64,000 bases of DNA from an uncultured Candidatus Saccharibacteria bacterium (GCA_964556325.1 CAZKVS010000004.1:2439-66438); one strand, 5' to 3'. Shown: positions 28,215 through 37,766, numbered from the stretch's first letter. Notes: a model not told the origin generated them from the letters alone. Numbers and translations: made by a program.

Positions 28215-30143
28215 ATGAATCTTTCTAGTCTGTCCTCAGAACTTAATTTATCCATCCAAGAACTCCGAACCAAAGCGGCTGCGGCAGGCTTTTTTATATC
28301 ACCCCGGGCGAATAAACTGGACAATTCCTTAGCTAAACAAATTTTAGACAAACTGAAACAGCAACCCAGAAACACCCCCACCCCTCAGCCTGCAGCGAAC
28401 ACAGTAGTAGAGTTGCCTTCTTTTATCAAAGTACGGGAATTTGCCTTACTATTAAACCGACCGGTTGTAGAAGTCATAAAAGTTCTCATACAAAATGGCG
28501 TCATGGCCACCATTAACGAAGAGATAGACTACGACACCGCAGCCATTATTGCTCAAGATTTAGGATTTGAAGTTCAAGCGCAAGCTACAGAAAATAAAGC
28601 CAACGCAGGCTTGGGCCTCCTTCACGAAATACTTACGGGAGAGCAACCGAAGGACATGACACAACGCCCACCGATAGTGGCCGTAATGGGTCATGTGGAC
28701 CACGGAAAGACCACCTTACTTGACGCCATTAGGCAAGCAAATGTGGTAGGAGGTGAATCCGGCGGAATTACTCAACACATTGGCGCGTACCAAGTGAAAC
28801 ACAACGGCAAGCTCATAACTTTTCTCGATACTCCTGGTCATGAAGCGTTCTCTGAAATGCGCGCCCGCGGTGCAAACGTTACCGATTTAATTGTATTAGT
28901 AGTGGCAGCGGACGATGGCGTACGACCCCAAACTGTTGAAGTTATTAATCGTGCTAAGTTTTCAGACGTTCCCATTATTGTTGCTATAAACAAAGTAGAT
29001 AAGGAAAACGCCAACCCCATGCGCGTTAAGCAAGAGTTGGCTGGTCTTGGTGTTGTGACTGAGGACTGGGGCGGTAAAACCATAGCAGTAGAAGTTTCCG
29101 CCAAACAACGCAAAGGAATAGAAGCATTACTAGACATGATTTTGCTTTCCGCTGAGGTAGAAAATTTTCAAGCTAACCCGAGCGGTAAAACGGTTGGAAC
29201 GGTTATCGAGTCTCACACTGAAAGTGGCAAGGGTCCTGTGGCAAGCGTTATTATCCAAAACGGAACTCTGGAAATTGGAGACATCATCGTAGCAGGAAGT
29301 GGGTACGGTAGAGTAAAAAGCCTGGAAGACGAGTACGGCAAAAAGGTAAAAAACGCCACACCTTCTACTCCAGTGGAAATTGCCGGTTTCTCTATTGCAC
29401 CCCAAGCTGGGGATATTTTACGCAAACTCGACTCAATCGAAAAAGCGAAAGAAATTTCAGATTTTTCACTGAAACAACAAAGGAGCCACACCCTCCGTTC
29501 TAAAAAACAGCTCCAAGGTGACATGACTAGCAAGTCTTTGAACCTCATTATTAAAGCCGATGTAGCAGGCTCACTAGAAGCTATCGAGCAGTCTCTTGGC
29601 AAACTTAAGAACGATGAGGTTACCTTAAATATTATTAGTAAAGGGGTAGGAGAAGTAAACGAGTCAGATGTATTACTTGCTTCTAGCAGCAACGCCGCAA
29701 TTATTGCTTTCCGCTCAAAGACCAACCCTAAGGCAATCAACCTCGCAAAACAGAAACAAGTCAGCGTAGACACCTACGAAGTTATTTACGAACTACTCGA
29801 GGACATCACTACTGCGGTAGTAAAACTCTTCACACCTGAATACGAACGCACCTCATTTGGCAAAGGTCAAATACTCGCTATTTTCCGTACGGAAAAGAAC
29901 CAGATGATTATCGGAGGCAAAGTTGCGTCTGGAGAAATACGAAAGAATAAACAAGTAGCAGTGTGGCGCGGTGAGGTTGAAGTAGGCCACGGAGAAATTC
30001 TTGAACTGCAAGAGAGCAAAATTGCCACCAAAGAAGTAGCGAGCGGTCGAGAATTTGGCATGAAAATAAAAATAGCCAGCAGACTACAAGTAGGCGATGT
30101 GTTAGAGTCCTACGAAGAAACGCTTAAACAGAAAACCCTTTAA
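28215..30143 (+). CDS. infB: Translation initiation factor IF-2
   Basis: RPPIVAVMGHVDHGKTTLLD, GGITQHIGAY, DTPGHEAF, INKVD. Confidence 0.97.
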   Translation: MNLSSLSSELNLSIQELRTKAAAAGFFISPRANKLDNSLAKQILDKLKQQPRNTPTPQPAANTVVELPSFIKVREFALLLNRPVVEVIKVLIQNGVMATINEEIDYDTAAIIAQDLGFEVQAQATENKANAGLGLLHEILTGEQPKDMTQRPPIVAVMGHVDHGKTTLLDAIRQANVVGGESGGITQHIGAYQVKHNGKLITFLDTPGHEAFSEMRARGANVTDLIVLVVAADDGVRPQTVEVINRAKFSDVPIIVAINKVDKENANPMRVKQELAGLGVVTEDWGGKTIAVEVSAKQRKGIEALLDMILLSAEVENFQANPSGKTVGTVIESHTESGKGPVASVIIQNGTLEIGDIIVAGSGYGRVKSLEDEYGKKVKNATPSTPVEIAGFSIAPQAGDILRKLDSIEKAKEISDFSLKQQRSHTLRSKKQLQGDMTSKSLNLIIKADVAGSLEAIEQSLGKLKNDEVTLNIISKGVGEVNESDVLLASSSNAAIIAFRSKTNPKAINLAKQKQVSVDTYEVIYELLEDITTAVVKLFTPEYERTSFGKGQILAIFRTEKNQMIIGGKVASGEIRKNKQVAVWRGEVEVGHGEILELQESKIATKEVASGREFGMKIKIASRLQVGDVLESYEETLKQKTL

Positions 30144-30229
30144 CAAAGCAGAAGTCAGAATTTAGAATGCAGAAGTAAAGAGCTTATTCTCAATTCTAAA
30201 TTCATGATTCTGCATTCTACGTTTATCTC

Positions 30230-30601
30230 ATGCCCACCGACCAAAAAGAGCCACGACTACGCGTAACGCGTCTACAAAGCCTCATCCAGGAATTACTCGG
30301 TAAAATATTACCCGAGTATTTAAGCGATGCGAAAGCATTGGTCACCGTAAGCCAGGTAGAGGTAAGTGGCGACTTACGCCATGCAAAGGTGTGGCTTTCA
30401 GTATTGGGTGGCAATGACGACGCCGTCTTTAAAACCTTGGAAAAAAACATGTACCAAATTCAGGGGGATTTAAACCGTGAGCTGCCCATGAAGATGATTC
30501 CCCGACTCCAGTTTCAGCTGGATACAAGCCCTCGGTACGCAGAACATATTTCCGAACTCATCAATCGCATACACACTGATGACCACGCCGACACCATTTA
30601 A
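30230..30601 (+). CDS. rbfA: Ribosome-binding factor A
   Basis: VTVSQVEVSGDLRHAKVW...IPRLQFQLD; follows infB. Confidence 0.92.
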   Translation: MPTDQKEPRLRVTRLQSLIQELLGKILPEYLSDAKALVTVSQVEVSGDLRHAKVWLSVLGGNDDAVFKTLEKNMYQIQGDLNRELPMKMIPRLQFQLDTSPRYAEHISELINRIHTDDHADTI

Positions 30602-31586
30602 CACCAATATACTTACGGCCGATAGCTTAGCCGCCCTCACACTGCTTCAAGGTAAGCAGCGTGTTTTTTTGACAACCCACGAACGAACCGATGGTGATGA
30701 TTTAGGAACCGTGTTAGCCCTCGGACACGCCTTGAAAAGCCAAGGCAAACACGTAACTATAGGCATACGAGGCGGTGTTCCGAGCTCGCTTATGTTTCTC
30801 CCCGGAAGTACCCTCGTAACCGAAGACGCACCCCCTGCAGATACAGAAGTTATTATTGTCTCCGGCTGTTCTAGCCTAACACGCACCGGCCTACCACTTG
30901 AGTCTTTTAACGCGCCAATTATAAATTTCGACCACCACCCCGACAATACACGGTTCGGCACAGTAAACCTTGTAGACGCCAGCATGTCTTCCGTTGCTGA
31001 GCTTGCCTATCATTTTTGTAGAATTGTAAATTGGCCTGTTGAAAACGAAATGGCCGTATGTTTACTCACAGGAATGATGAGCGACACAGGATCATTCCTA
31101 CATAGCAACACCCAGCCTTCTACACTCTATGCGGCATCCAATCTCATGAATAAGGGTGCGCGGACAACTACCATTGCCAATAACACATTTAAAGGAAAAA
31201 CGCTCCCGGCTCTGAAAGCATGGGGTAGGGCGCTTGCCAATACGTGGTACGACACAGAGAAAAGCATGGTCTGCAGCATTATAACCAACCAGGACCTGCA
31301 AGAACTAAACCATCCACCCCAAAGCGCATTTGAAGGTATAGTGGAGACTATTAATAAAATCCCCGAAGCCCGGTTTGCTTTATTTCTAAAACAAGACGGC
31401 CCTATTGTTAAAGGAAGCCTGCGAAGTGATCCACACAAACCACTCGGAGGACTCGATGTGGGCAGTTTAGCAAGATTGCTTGGCGGAGGAGGCCACCGGA
31501 ACGCTGCAGGCTTCTCTTTCGAAGGCACACTGGTAAAACAAGACAATAAGTGGCTTATCACCCACCCCGCTCTTAAACCCATATAA
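30579..31586 (+). CDS. nrnA: DHH/DHHA1 oligoribonuclease/pAp phosphatase
   Basis: HERTDGDDLG, NFDHH, SDTGSF, GGGGHRNAAG. Confidence 0.88.
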   Translation: MTTPTPFNTNILTADSLAALTLLQGKQRVFLTTHERTDGDDLGTVLALGHALKSQGKHVTIGIRGGVPSSLMFLPGSTLVTEDAPPADTEVIIVSGCSSLTRTGLPLESFNAPIINFDHHPDNTRFGTVNLVDASMSSVAELAYHFCRIVNWPVENEMAVCLLTGMMSDTGSFLHSNTQPSTLYAASNLMNKGARTTTIANNTFKGKTLPALKAWGRALANTWYDTEKSMVCSIITNQDLQELNHPPQSAFEGIVETINKIPEARFALFLKQDGPIVKGSLRSDPHKPLGGLDVGSLARLLGGGGHRNAAGFSFEGTLVKQDNKWLITHPALKPI

Positions 31587-31682
31587 AAATCCCGACCATA
31601 AGTCGGGATTTTTATATTGGTGCCCATTTTTCTCGTCCCCTAATAACCATAAAACTACAGCCATATAATGACTGTAGTTTTA

Positions 31683-31770
31683 TGGTGCCCAGGAGAGGAC
31701 TCGAACCTCCACGGGATTGCTCCCACATCCACCTCAAGGATGCGTGTATACCAAATTCCACCACCTGGGC
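31683..31770 (-). tRNA. tRNA-Leu(GAG)
   Basis: Anticodon arm CATCC-TTGAGGT-GGATG; variable arm; CCA. Confidence 0.93.
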
Positions 31771-31913
31771 CCTATTGAATTAGCTCACCAATTATAACTA
31801 AAGTTGGCTTAATGTTCAAGCTTTAGACTTGCTAAAGAGAAGAGTATTTGTTACACTACTTTCGTTCTTCTCGAAGCCTCAAACAGGTCTAAAACATATC
31901 CCGAAAGGCTATA

Positions 31914-32018
31914 TAGGGACGGTTAGCTTCCGACTTCGCGTAAAGCTACGTCGGACAAGCAGTGCAAAAAGAACATATTTACTGCACGGCTCGCCCTACG
32001 AAACTCATAGTGTAGTAG
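31914..32018 (+). mobile_element. tRNA-5'-associated double-hairpin (REPIN-like) element with duplicated tRNA 5' end
   Basis: TAGGGACGGTTAGCT at 31914 and 32016; same architecture at 43424-43535. Confidence 0.65.
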
Positions 32019-32094
32019 GGACGGTTAGCTCAGTTGGTAGAGCGCTTCGTTTACACCGAAGATGTCACAGGTTCGAGTCCTGTACCGTCCACCA
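32019..32094 (+). tRNA. tRNA-Val(TAC)
   Basis: Anticodon arm CTTCG-TTTACAC-CGAAG; CCA. Confidence 0.93.
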
Positions 32095-32239
32095 CTTCTT
32101 CTCCGCCAGCTGGCGGATACGAAGTGCAAGCATAATACTTAGAATTCTACAGTCTAAGAGTTTAATCGCTTTGCTGCCTGAGCGAAGAAGTGTCCTTCGA
32201 AGCTTTAGCGCAGTAGGACCGGACAACAAACTGCGACGA

Positions 32240-32314
32240 GCCTCGGTAGCTCAATGGTAGAGCGAAGCCCTGAAGAGGCTTGCGTTGTCAGTTCGATTCT
32301 GACCCGAGGCACCA
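32240..32314 (+). tRNA. tRNA-Phe(GAA)
   Basis: Anticodon arm AAGCC-CTGAAGA-GGCTT; CCA. Confidence 0.9.
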
Positions 32315-32448
32315 CAGTATTTCAGATAAAACTTTTACACTTGGGCCGAAGCTTTGTGAGGTTAAGCGTAAAAGTTAGAGGAGCAGTTGTGGAAGCGCAA
32401 AGCTTTTGACCTTAGTCAAAACCGAGTGGCTGGAACAAACTGCGACGA

Positions 32449-32522
32449 GCGGGTATGGTTCAATGGTAGAACTCCTCCTTGCCAAGGAGGGGATAGGGGT
32501 TCGATTCCCCTTACCCGCTCCA
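32449..32522 (+). tRNA. tRNA-Gly(GCC)
   Basis: Anticodon arm CCTCC-TTGCCAA-GGAGG; TCCA end. Confidence 0.92.
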
Positions 32523-32569
32523 AAAGAAAAGACATCATAGAATGATGTCTTTTCTTTTGGAGAAAATCT

Positions 32570-32849
32570 GGTAAGGCGAATCGAAAGGAACCATCCTCCG
32601 GTGTACACCGGAGGAATTTCATCTGAATACTTGGAGGATGAAATAGTGGCGAGGTCGCGTTAGATGAGACTTGACGCGACTCTTAAGGAGCTAAAAGTCC
32701 ATCGTGGGCGACCGATTCCCCGCTCCAGCTATAGTTAGAGTATTGAGAAGAACCAAATGAGAGAGGGCCCGCGTTAGGCGTTATACGAATCAATCCGCCA
32801 GCCGGCGGAGAGATGAGTATAGCCGTGGGCGGGTCGATTCGCCTTACCC
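32570..32849 (+). mobile_element. tRNA-3'-associated element, copy C plus partial copy D
   Basis: Antisense arm 32570-32585, core 32586-32713, tRNA-end remnant 32714-32727, second right-half core and sense arm 32765-32848. Confidence 0.7.
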
Positions 32850-33254
32850 ATTAACCCATAACGAGTAACCAGCCTTACCCTACTATGTAACACTTTAGTC
32901 CACCCGACGATTAAAATGGTAAGAACTAGTGCATCTAGTGTTTTCAATACAGAAAAAACAATAATACCTTATAAATAAGCGATATTGCCAAAAATTAGAT
33001 AAGTCTAGCTAAAAAAGTCAAACACCCGTTGCTCTTGACAGCCTTTTTGACGCCCAAGCTTGGCTGAAAAAACAAATCTCCCCATAAATAAAGCAAAATA
33101 TGCCTTATAAGCATTGACCAAAACCCCATATTTTGCGATAATATATTCAGATAAGTTCTGCGAAAGCAGGATTTTTTGTTTGCCTCTCAGAGGCTATATA
33201 GAGCTTATCCTAGCTGTAATGTACAGCTACTTACTTAACTAGGAAGAAAGGGTT

Positions 33255-33917
33255 TTGAACACAATGACAACTCCTATCTCCCATGTAGAGCATAAAGGTG
33301 CTGCCATACTTATGTTTGTTGCAGCCTTGGTGTTTAGCTTTCCAGAGAGTTCTCTGGCTGCTAGCCCTGCCCTTACTGGAAACCAGAGTTTAGTCTTTGA
33401 GCTCAAACAAAACGCTTTAGAGAATATCAAGCCTTCTTCATTAACTATAGAAGAAGTTAAACAAAACGACATTCTTATTAAAAAGCTCCGAGCTTATTTA
33501 GAAGCTAAAAATTCCCCGCTCGCAATATATGCTGATCAAATTGTGGAACAGCCACAATGGCCTCGTGCCTTGGCTATCAGCTGGCAGGAAAGCCAGTTTG
33601 GTAAGTACTGCCACAGCAACAACTGTAGCGGTATTGGTGGTAGCCCAAGCCAAAAGTCTTGGCGCAAATATGAAACCAAGTTAGATTGGTTTAAAGACAT
33701 GTCTGCGCTTATGGAAAAGCCTATATATAGCAAAAAGTACACCGACTGTAAAAAGATGAATGGTGTATACAACGCAGGAAGCAAAAATTGGGAATGGTCT
33801 TGTATCCAGAAGAGTAAAGAACTTCTCAACCTTATTGCCGACGCCGAACAAGAACGCATTGCGTTAGTAAGCCAAGGAAGTGGTTATACCAACACCCAGC
33901 TTGCTATAGCTCAGTAA
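33255..33917 (+). CDS. Secreted hypothetical protein, lysozyme/glucosaminidase-like fold suspected
   Basis: Signal/TM; LRAYLEAKNSPLA...ALAISWQESQFGK...NNCSGIG. Confidence 0.6.
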   Translation: MNTMTTPISHVEHKGAAILMFVAALVFSFPESSLAASPALTGNQSLVFELKQNALENIKPSSLTIEEVKQNDILIKKLRAYLEAKNSPLAIYADQIVEQPQWPRALAISWQESQFGKYCHSNNCSGIGGSPSQKSWRKYETKLDWFKDMSALMEKPIYSKKYTDCKKMNGVYNAGSKNWEWSCIQKSKELLNLIADAEQERIALVSQGSGYTNTQLAIAQ

Positions 33918-34012
33918 AATATACCGTTTAACCTCCCCCCAACCGGTGGGAGGTTTTTTATACACCTTCGATTATGAAAAAATACACACTGATTTTGTCA
34001 GTGTGTATTTTT

Positions 34013-34097
34013 TGGTGCCCGAGGAGGGACTCGAACCCTCAATCCTTTCGGCACAACATTTTAAGTGTCGCGTGTATACCAGTTCCACCACTCGGGC
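34013..34097 (-). tRNA. tRNA-Leu(TAA)
   Basis: Anticodon arm CGACA-CTTAAAA-TGTTG; variable arm; CCA. Confidence 0.92.
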
Positions 34098-34102
34098 CTA
34101 AA

Positions 34103-34582
34103 TTAAATTTTACTCCGGGTTTGATTTTTACCTCTATGAGTCGACTGTAAACTATGGCAGTTCGGGCACAGTATGCGCAAGTTCTCTAAACGATTATCTG
34201 AATGATTACCGTTTATATGGTCAAGCTCTACCGGCACTCGTCCATCTATAGATTTCTCTGCCCACCCGCACAATTCGCAACGAGCAATTTTTAGCCCGGC
34301 CGTAAATAGCCGTAGCTTTAATTTATGACTTTGAAAAGGTGTGCCTCTTTGGAGTATTTGTTCCAGCGAGACTCTCTCCACACCAACTCCACGAAGGCCT
34401 TTGTTCCAAAGTTTGCCGGTAAAATGTGCTGTACTCAAACCTTGTTGAGTTATCGCCGTTTGGACTTGCTGATAATTCCCACCAGCAGGTATTAAGCCAA
34501 GTAACTTGATTACCTGGCGCAAGCTCCTAGATTGCTCAACTGCTTCTTGCAAATTTTGATTCGTCCACTTCCTTGACCTCAT
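34103..34582 (-). CDS. HNH endonuclease
   Basis: CELCG...ELDHINGNHSDNRLENLRILCPNCHS. Confidence 0.92.
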   Translation of the reverse strand: MRSRKWTNQNLQEAVEQSRSLRQVIKLLGLIPAGGNYQQVQTAITQQGLSTAHFTGKLWNKGLRGVGVERVSLEQILQRGTPFQSHKLKLRLFTAGLKIARCELCGWAEKSIDGRVPVELDHINGNHSDNRLENLRILCPNCHSLQSTHRGKNQTRSKI

Positions 34583-34635
34583 ACTTTATTGTACCCAAAA
34601 GGTACACGTCAGTAAAAGGTTCACGGAAAAAAATT

Positions 34636-34710
34636 TGGAGGTGCGAGCGGGATTCGAACCCGCGCATGGCGGTTTTGCAGACCGCAGTGTTACCACTTCA
34701 CCATCGCACC
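34636..34710 (-). tRNA. tRNA-Cys(GCA)
   Basis: Anticodon arm GCGGT-CTGCAAA-ACCGC; TCCA end. Confidence 0.92.
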
Positions 34711-34836
34711 ATATCTACTGCTGGTAGGCCTACATCGAGCCCCTACCACTTAGCCATTTTAATAAAAAAGCCAAAAATAAGCAATGTTTGTGGAAAATAA
34801 TGCATATTTGAAAGATATTTATTCTATACGATATAC

Positions 34837-34865
34837 TTGACATTATGTCAACATACTTGTAAAAT
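34837..34865 (+). promoter_or_regulatory. Sigma70 promoter TTGACA-N17-TAAAAT with overlapping palindrome TTGACATTATGTCAA
   Basis: Consensus spacing; palindrome 34837-34851. Confidence 0.6.
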
Positions 34866-35031
34866 ATACTTATCCGACTTAGAGCTTACTGAATTTGGCA
34901 AAAATCATGCAATTTGCCGCATAACTGTGAGTTCTAAGCAAAACCCGGAACCACTATCGACATCACCGCCCTAGTTGCATCGTAAGCAAGTATGGGCATC
35001 TCTTTCACAATTTGAATTCGAGGGAAACAAA

Positions 35032-36393
35032 ATGAAGCGAAGAATTTTCACTTTTGCGCTCGCGCTCACTTTTGCGCTCGCGCTCGTCGCACCATTCGCC
35101 ACTTTCGCCCAAAACGGCGCAGGTCAACCATCAACGTTCAACGTTGAGAACCTCAGTCGTCACCCCGTTGCTGACGGTGAAACTTTGATCGGACAAACGG
35201 GCACCAGCAAGTTGCAAAACGAACAAAACTGGCGCCAGCTTGCCGATTGGAACTCTCAAGTCAAAGACCCGGGGCGATTCAAGGTTTTTGTTAACGGCCA
35301 AAAGAAGGCAGTGAGCTTCGAAGAAGCGATGACATTCGTCAATGAAGCGCCGATTTTCTTTTACTGGAAACGACCCGAGGTCTTTCGCGGTCTTAACGAA
35401 CTCGGCTTCCAGGTCGGCAACAATCAAACGACAATCGTCAACAAGCCGGCAGAGACTGCAGAGTCGCTTATCCTGCCGCCAAAGCAAGAAGTCAGTAACG
35501 CGTACAGCTCAGCTTCAACCTGGCTACTCGGACTGCTATTGCTGGTTTTGCTCGTAGCGTTTGCAATCTGGGCGTATGCTCAGTATCTCAAACGACGACG
35601 CGGAAATGCGGCAAATGGAGGGCCGCGAATGGAGCCGAACCCAGTAACAAACGCCAACGTTGCAATCGTTTTCGCCCAGCACGCCGCAAACGAGTACAAT
35701 TCTGGTCGAGGTGGTTTTGCCATCCCGGCTGAAAGGTTCCAGATTGACCGCAGCACACTCCGCCGATGGATTGGCGTAGGACCCATTAATGTGTCCTACA
35801 ACGGCCGGCCGGCACAATTACGACACCTCAACCACGAAACCGTCTACACTGCGGACGTTGTCCTGCCAAACGAACAACGCCAAAACCGTATGATGCTCCA
35901 GGCGTGCGGCAATGACCTCACTTATGGATCAATGTCCTACCTCCCTGGCGTTGGCTTCCGACTTTACTCGCCGGAAGAAATCGTGGTTCCCACTGAAATC
36001 ATCGAGGTCCCAACCGAGGCACAACCGCAAATCAGCCGCGCCGACATCGAGCAGACAATGAGGACCGTGTTGGCGGAAATGACCAAGGCCGAGCCGGAGC
36101 AAAACACCGATCTCATCATCCGCAGAAAATCGGATGGCGCGCATACCATCACGGCAGGCGCCTTTGGCCCCTATAACTTCGGCGACCTGACGAAAGCAGG
36201 CCTGAGCATCGAGCCTATCATTGGCGATGGAAAGGTTGTCGGCTTCACGATTAACGGACTGCCGAGCAGTCTAGTGTTTCGTGAAAATACAATCAACATC
36301 CTCCCACCGGCAGATTCGATGGATGGCGACGAAAAGAAAGCTCTTTCAGCAAGTGCCGGGGCGGGCCTTTTGACGGCAGGCACCAAGCAGTAA
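35032..36393 (+). CDS. Hypothetical single-pass membrane protein with signal peptide
   Basis: MKRRIFTFALAL signal, TM near the middle; GAGGG RBS. Confidence 0.7.
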   Translation: MKRRIFTFALALTFALALVAPFATFAQNGAGQPSTFNVENLSRHPVADGETLIGQTGTSKLQNEQNWRQLADWNSQVKDPGRFKVFVNGQKKAVSFEEAMTFVNEAPIFFYWKRPEVFRGLNELGFQVGNNQTTIVNKPAETAESLILPPKQEVSNAYSSASTWLLGLLLLVLLVAFAIWAYAQYLKRRRGNAANGGPRMEPNPVTNANVAIVFAQHAANEYNSGRGGFAIPAERFQIDRSTLRRWIGVGPINVSYNGRPAQLRHLNHETVYTADVVLPNEQRQNRMMLQACGNDLTYGSMSYLPGVGFRLYSPEEIVVPTEIIEVPTEAQPQISRADIEQTMRTVLAEMTKAEPEQNTDLIIRRKSDGAHTITAGAFGPYNFGDLTKAGLSIEPIIGDGKVVGFTINGLPSSLVFRENTINILPPADSMDGDEKKALSASAGAGLLTAGTKQ

Positions 36394-36527
36394 TTCGCTT
36401 CAATAAAGCAATCAGGCCAGACGTGGACTCAATATCCATTGTTCTGGCCTGATTTATTTTTGGAAAAAACTACAACGCAAAAGGCGCTTCACGTGAAGCG
36501 CCTTTTCTTTTTTATAGGAATAACTGT

Positions 36528-37766
36528 TTATTCAGCAGCGACTTCTTCAGTCTTCGCTTCTTCTTTCTCTTCTAACTTTTCTATCTCTTCTTTTTCTTCT
36601 GTCTTAGCTACAGCCTTCGCAGGTTTTTCTTCTAAAGCTTTGAGGGACAAGCCTAAGCGGTGATCAGCAGGTTCAATGGAAATAATCTTGAACGACTTTA
36701 CTTCACCAACCTTGAGAATGTTCTCTGGGTCTTTGATGGCTTCGTGAGACAGTTCAGCCAAGTGAGCCAAGCCTTGAATTTCCGGAGAAAGTTCTACAAA
36801 TACGCCAAACGGCATTATTTTAGTGACTTTTCCTTCTACAACCTGACCAATCTTGTACTGCTTTACTGCTTCTAACCATGGATCTGGCTGGAGTTGCTTT
36901 ACAGACAAGGACACACGGCCTTTATCTATAGCAATAATCTTTGCCTGCACTTCCTGACCAACTCGGAACAAGTCTTTCGGGTTTTCTACACGCTGCCAGG
37001 CAAGTTCGGAAATATGAGCCAAGCCTTCCAGCTCACCAAACTTCACAAAAATACCAAAGTCTACCACACCGGTGACCATACCTACTACAACGTCGCCCAT
37101 TTTAAGTTTCTGCAAGTGCTCTTCGGTTTTCTTCTCAGATACCGCTTTTTCACTCACAATCAACTTCTCTTCTTCTGGGTCAGCAGTAATGATTTGTACT
37201 GCAAACGACTGGCCAACATAGCTCTGGAGTGCGGAAAGAATCTTGGTCTTGTCGCCATCTTCTACGCGAGGATAGTGTTCCAAGTTCAACTGAGACACTG
37301 GCAAGAAACCAAGTACGCCGTTTATCTCAATCATCAAACCACCTTTGTTCGCACCCAAAATCTTAGTGCTCACAATTTCGCGGTCTTCCATCTTAGTCTT
37401 CAAGGTCTGCCATACCCGCTCGTGTCCGGCCTGACGAAGTGACAGCTCAATGTTGCCATCTTTATTCTCCGATTCAACCACGGAAGCGAAAATAGTATCG
37501 CCTACCTTAAGCGAAGCTAAGGTAGCCTGGTCATCATAGAGCTCACGCCCACGAACCACGCCCACGCCGTAGCCCACTAAGTCCACATATACTTCGTTCT
37601 TACCAACGGAAAGCAAAGTGCCTTCTACAATATCGCCCACTTTGAGCACGCGAATTTCTGCGCCACTCTCAAGTAAGCCGGTCATGGAGTCTGCCTTGGA
37701 CGCCACAGCCTCGTTTATGCTTGTCTGAGCAGTATTTACTGCTTGGACTTGGTCTGCATCTGCCAT
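36528..37766 (-). CDS. rpsA: 30S ribosomal protein S1 (four S1 domains)
   Basis: Repeated S1 motifs (GFLPVSQL, FGIFV...EGLAHISEL, FGVFVEL...GLAHLAEL). Confidence 0.88.
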   Translation of the reverse strand: MADADQVQAVNTAQTSINEAVASKADSMTGLLESGAEIRVLKVGDIVEGTLLSVGKNEVYVDLVGYGVGVVRGRELYDDQATLASLKVGDTIFASVVESENKDGNIELSLRQAGHERVWQTLKTKMEDREIVSTKILGANKGGLMIEINGVLGFLPVSQLNLEHYPRVEDGDKTKILSALQSYVGQSFAVQIITADPEEEKLIVSEKAVSEKKTEEHLQKLKMGDVVVGMVTGVVDFGIFVKFGELEGLAHISELAWQRVENPKDLFRVGQEVQAKIIAIDKGRVSLSVKQLQPDPWLEAVKQYKIGQVVEGKVTKIMPFGVFVELSPEIQGLAHLAELSHEAIKDPENILKVGEVKSFKIISIEPADHRLGLSLKALEEKPAKAVAKTEEKEEIEKLEEKEEAKTEEVAAE

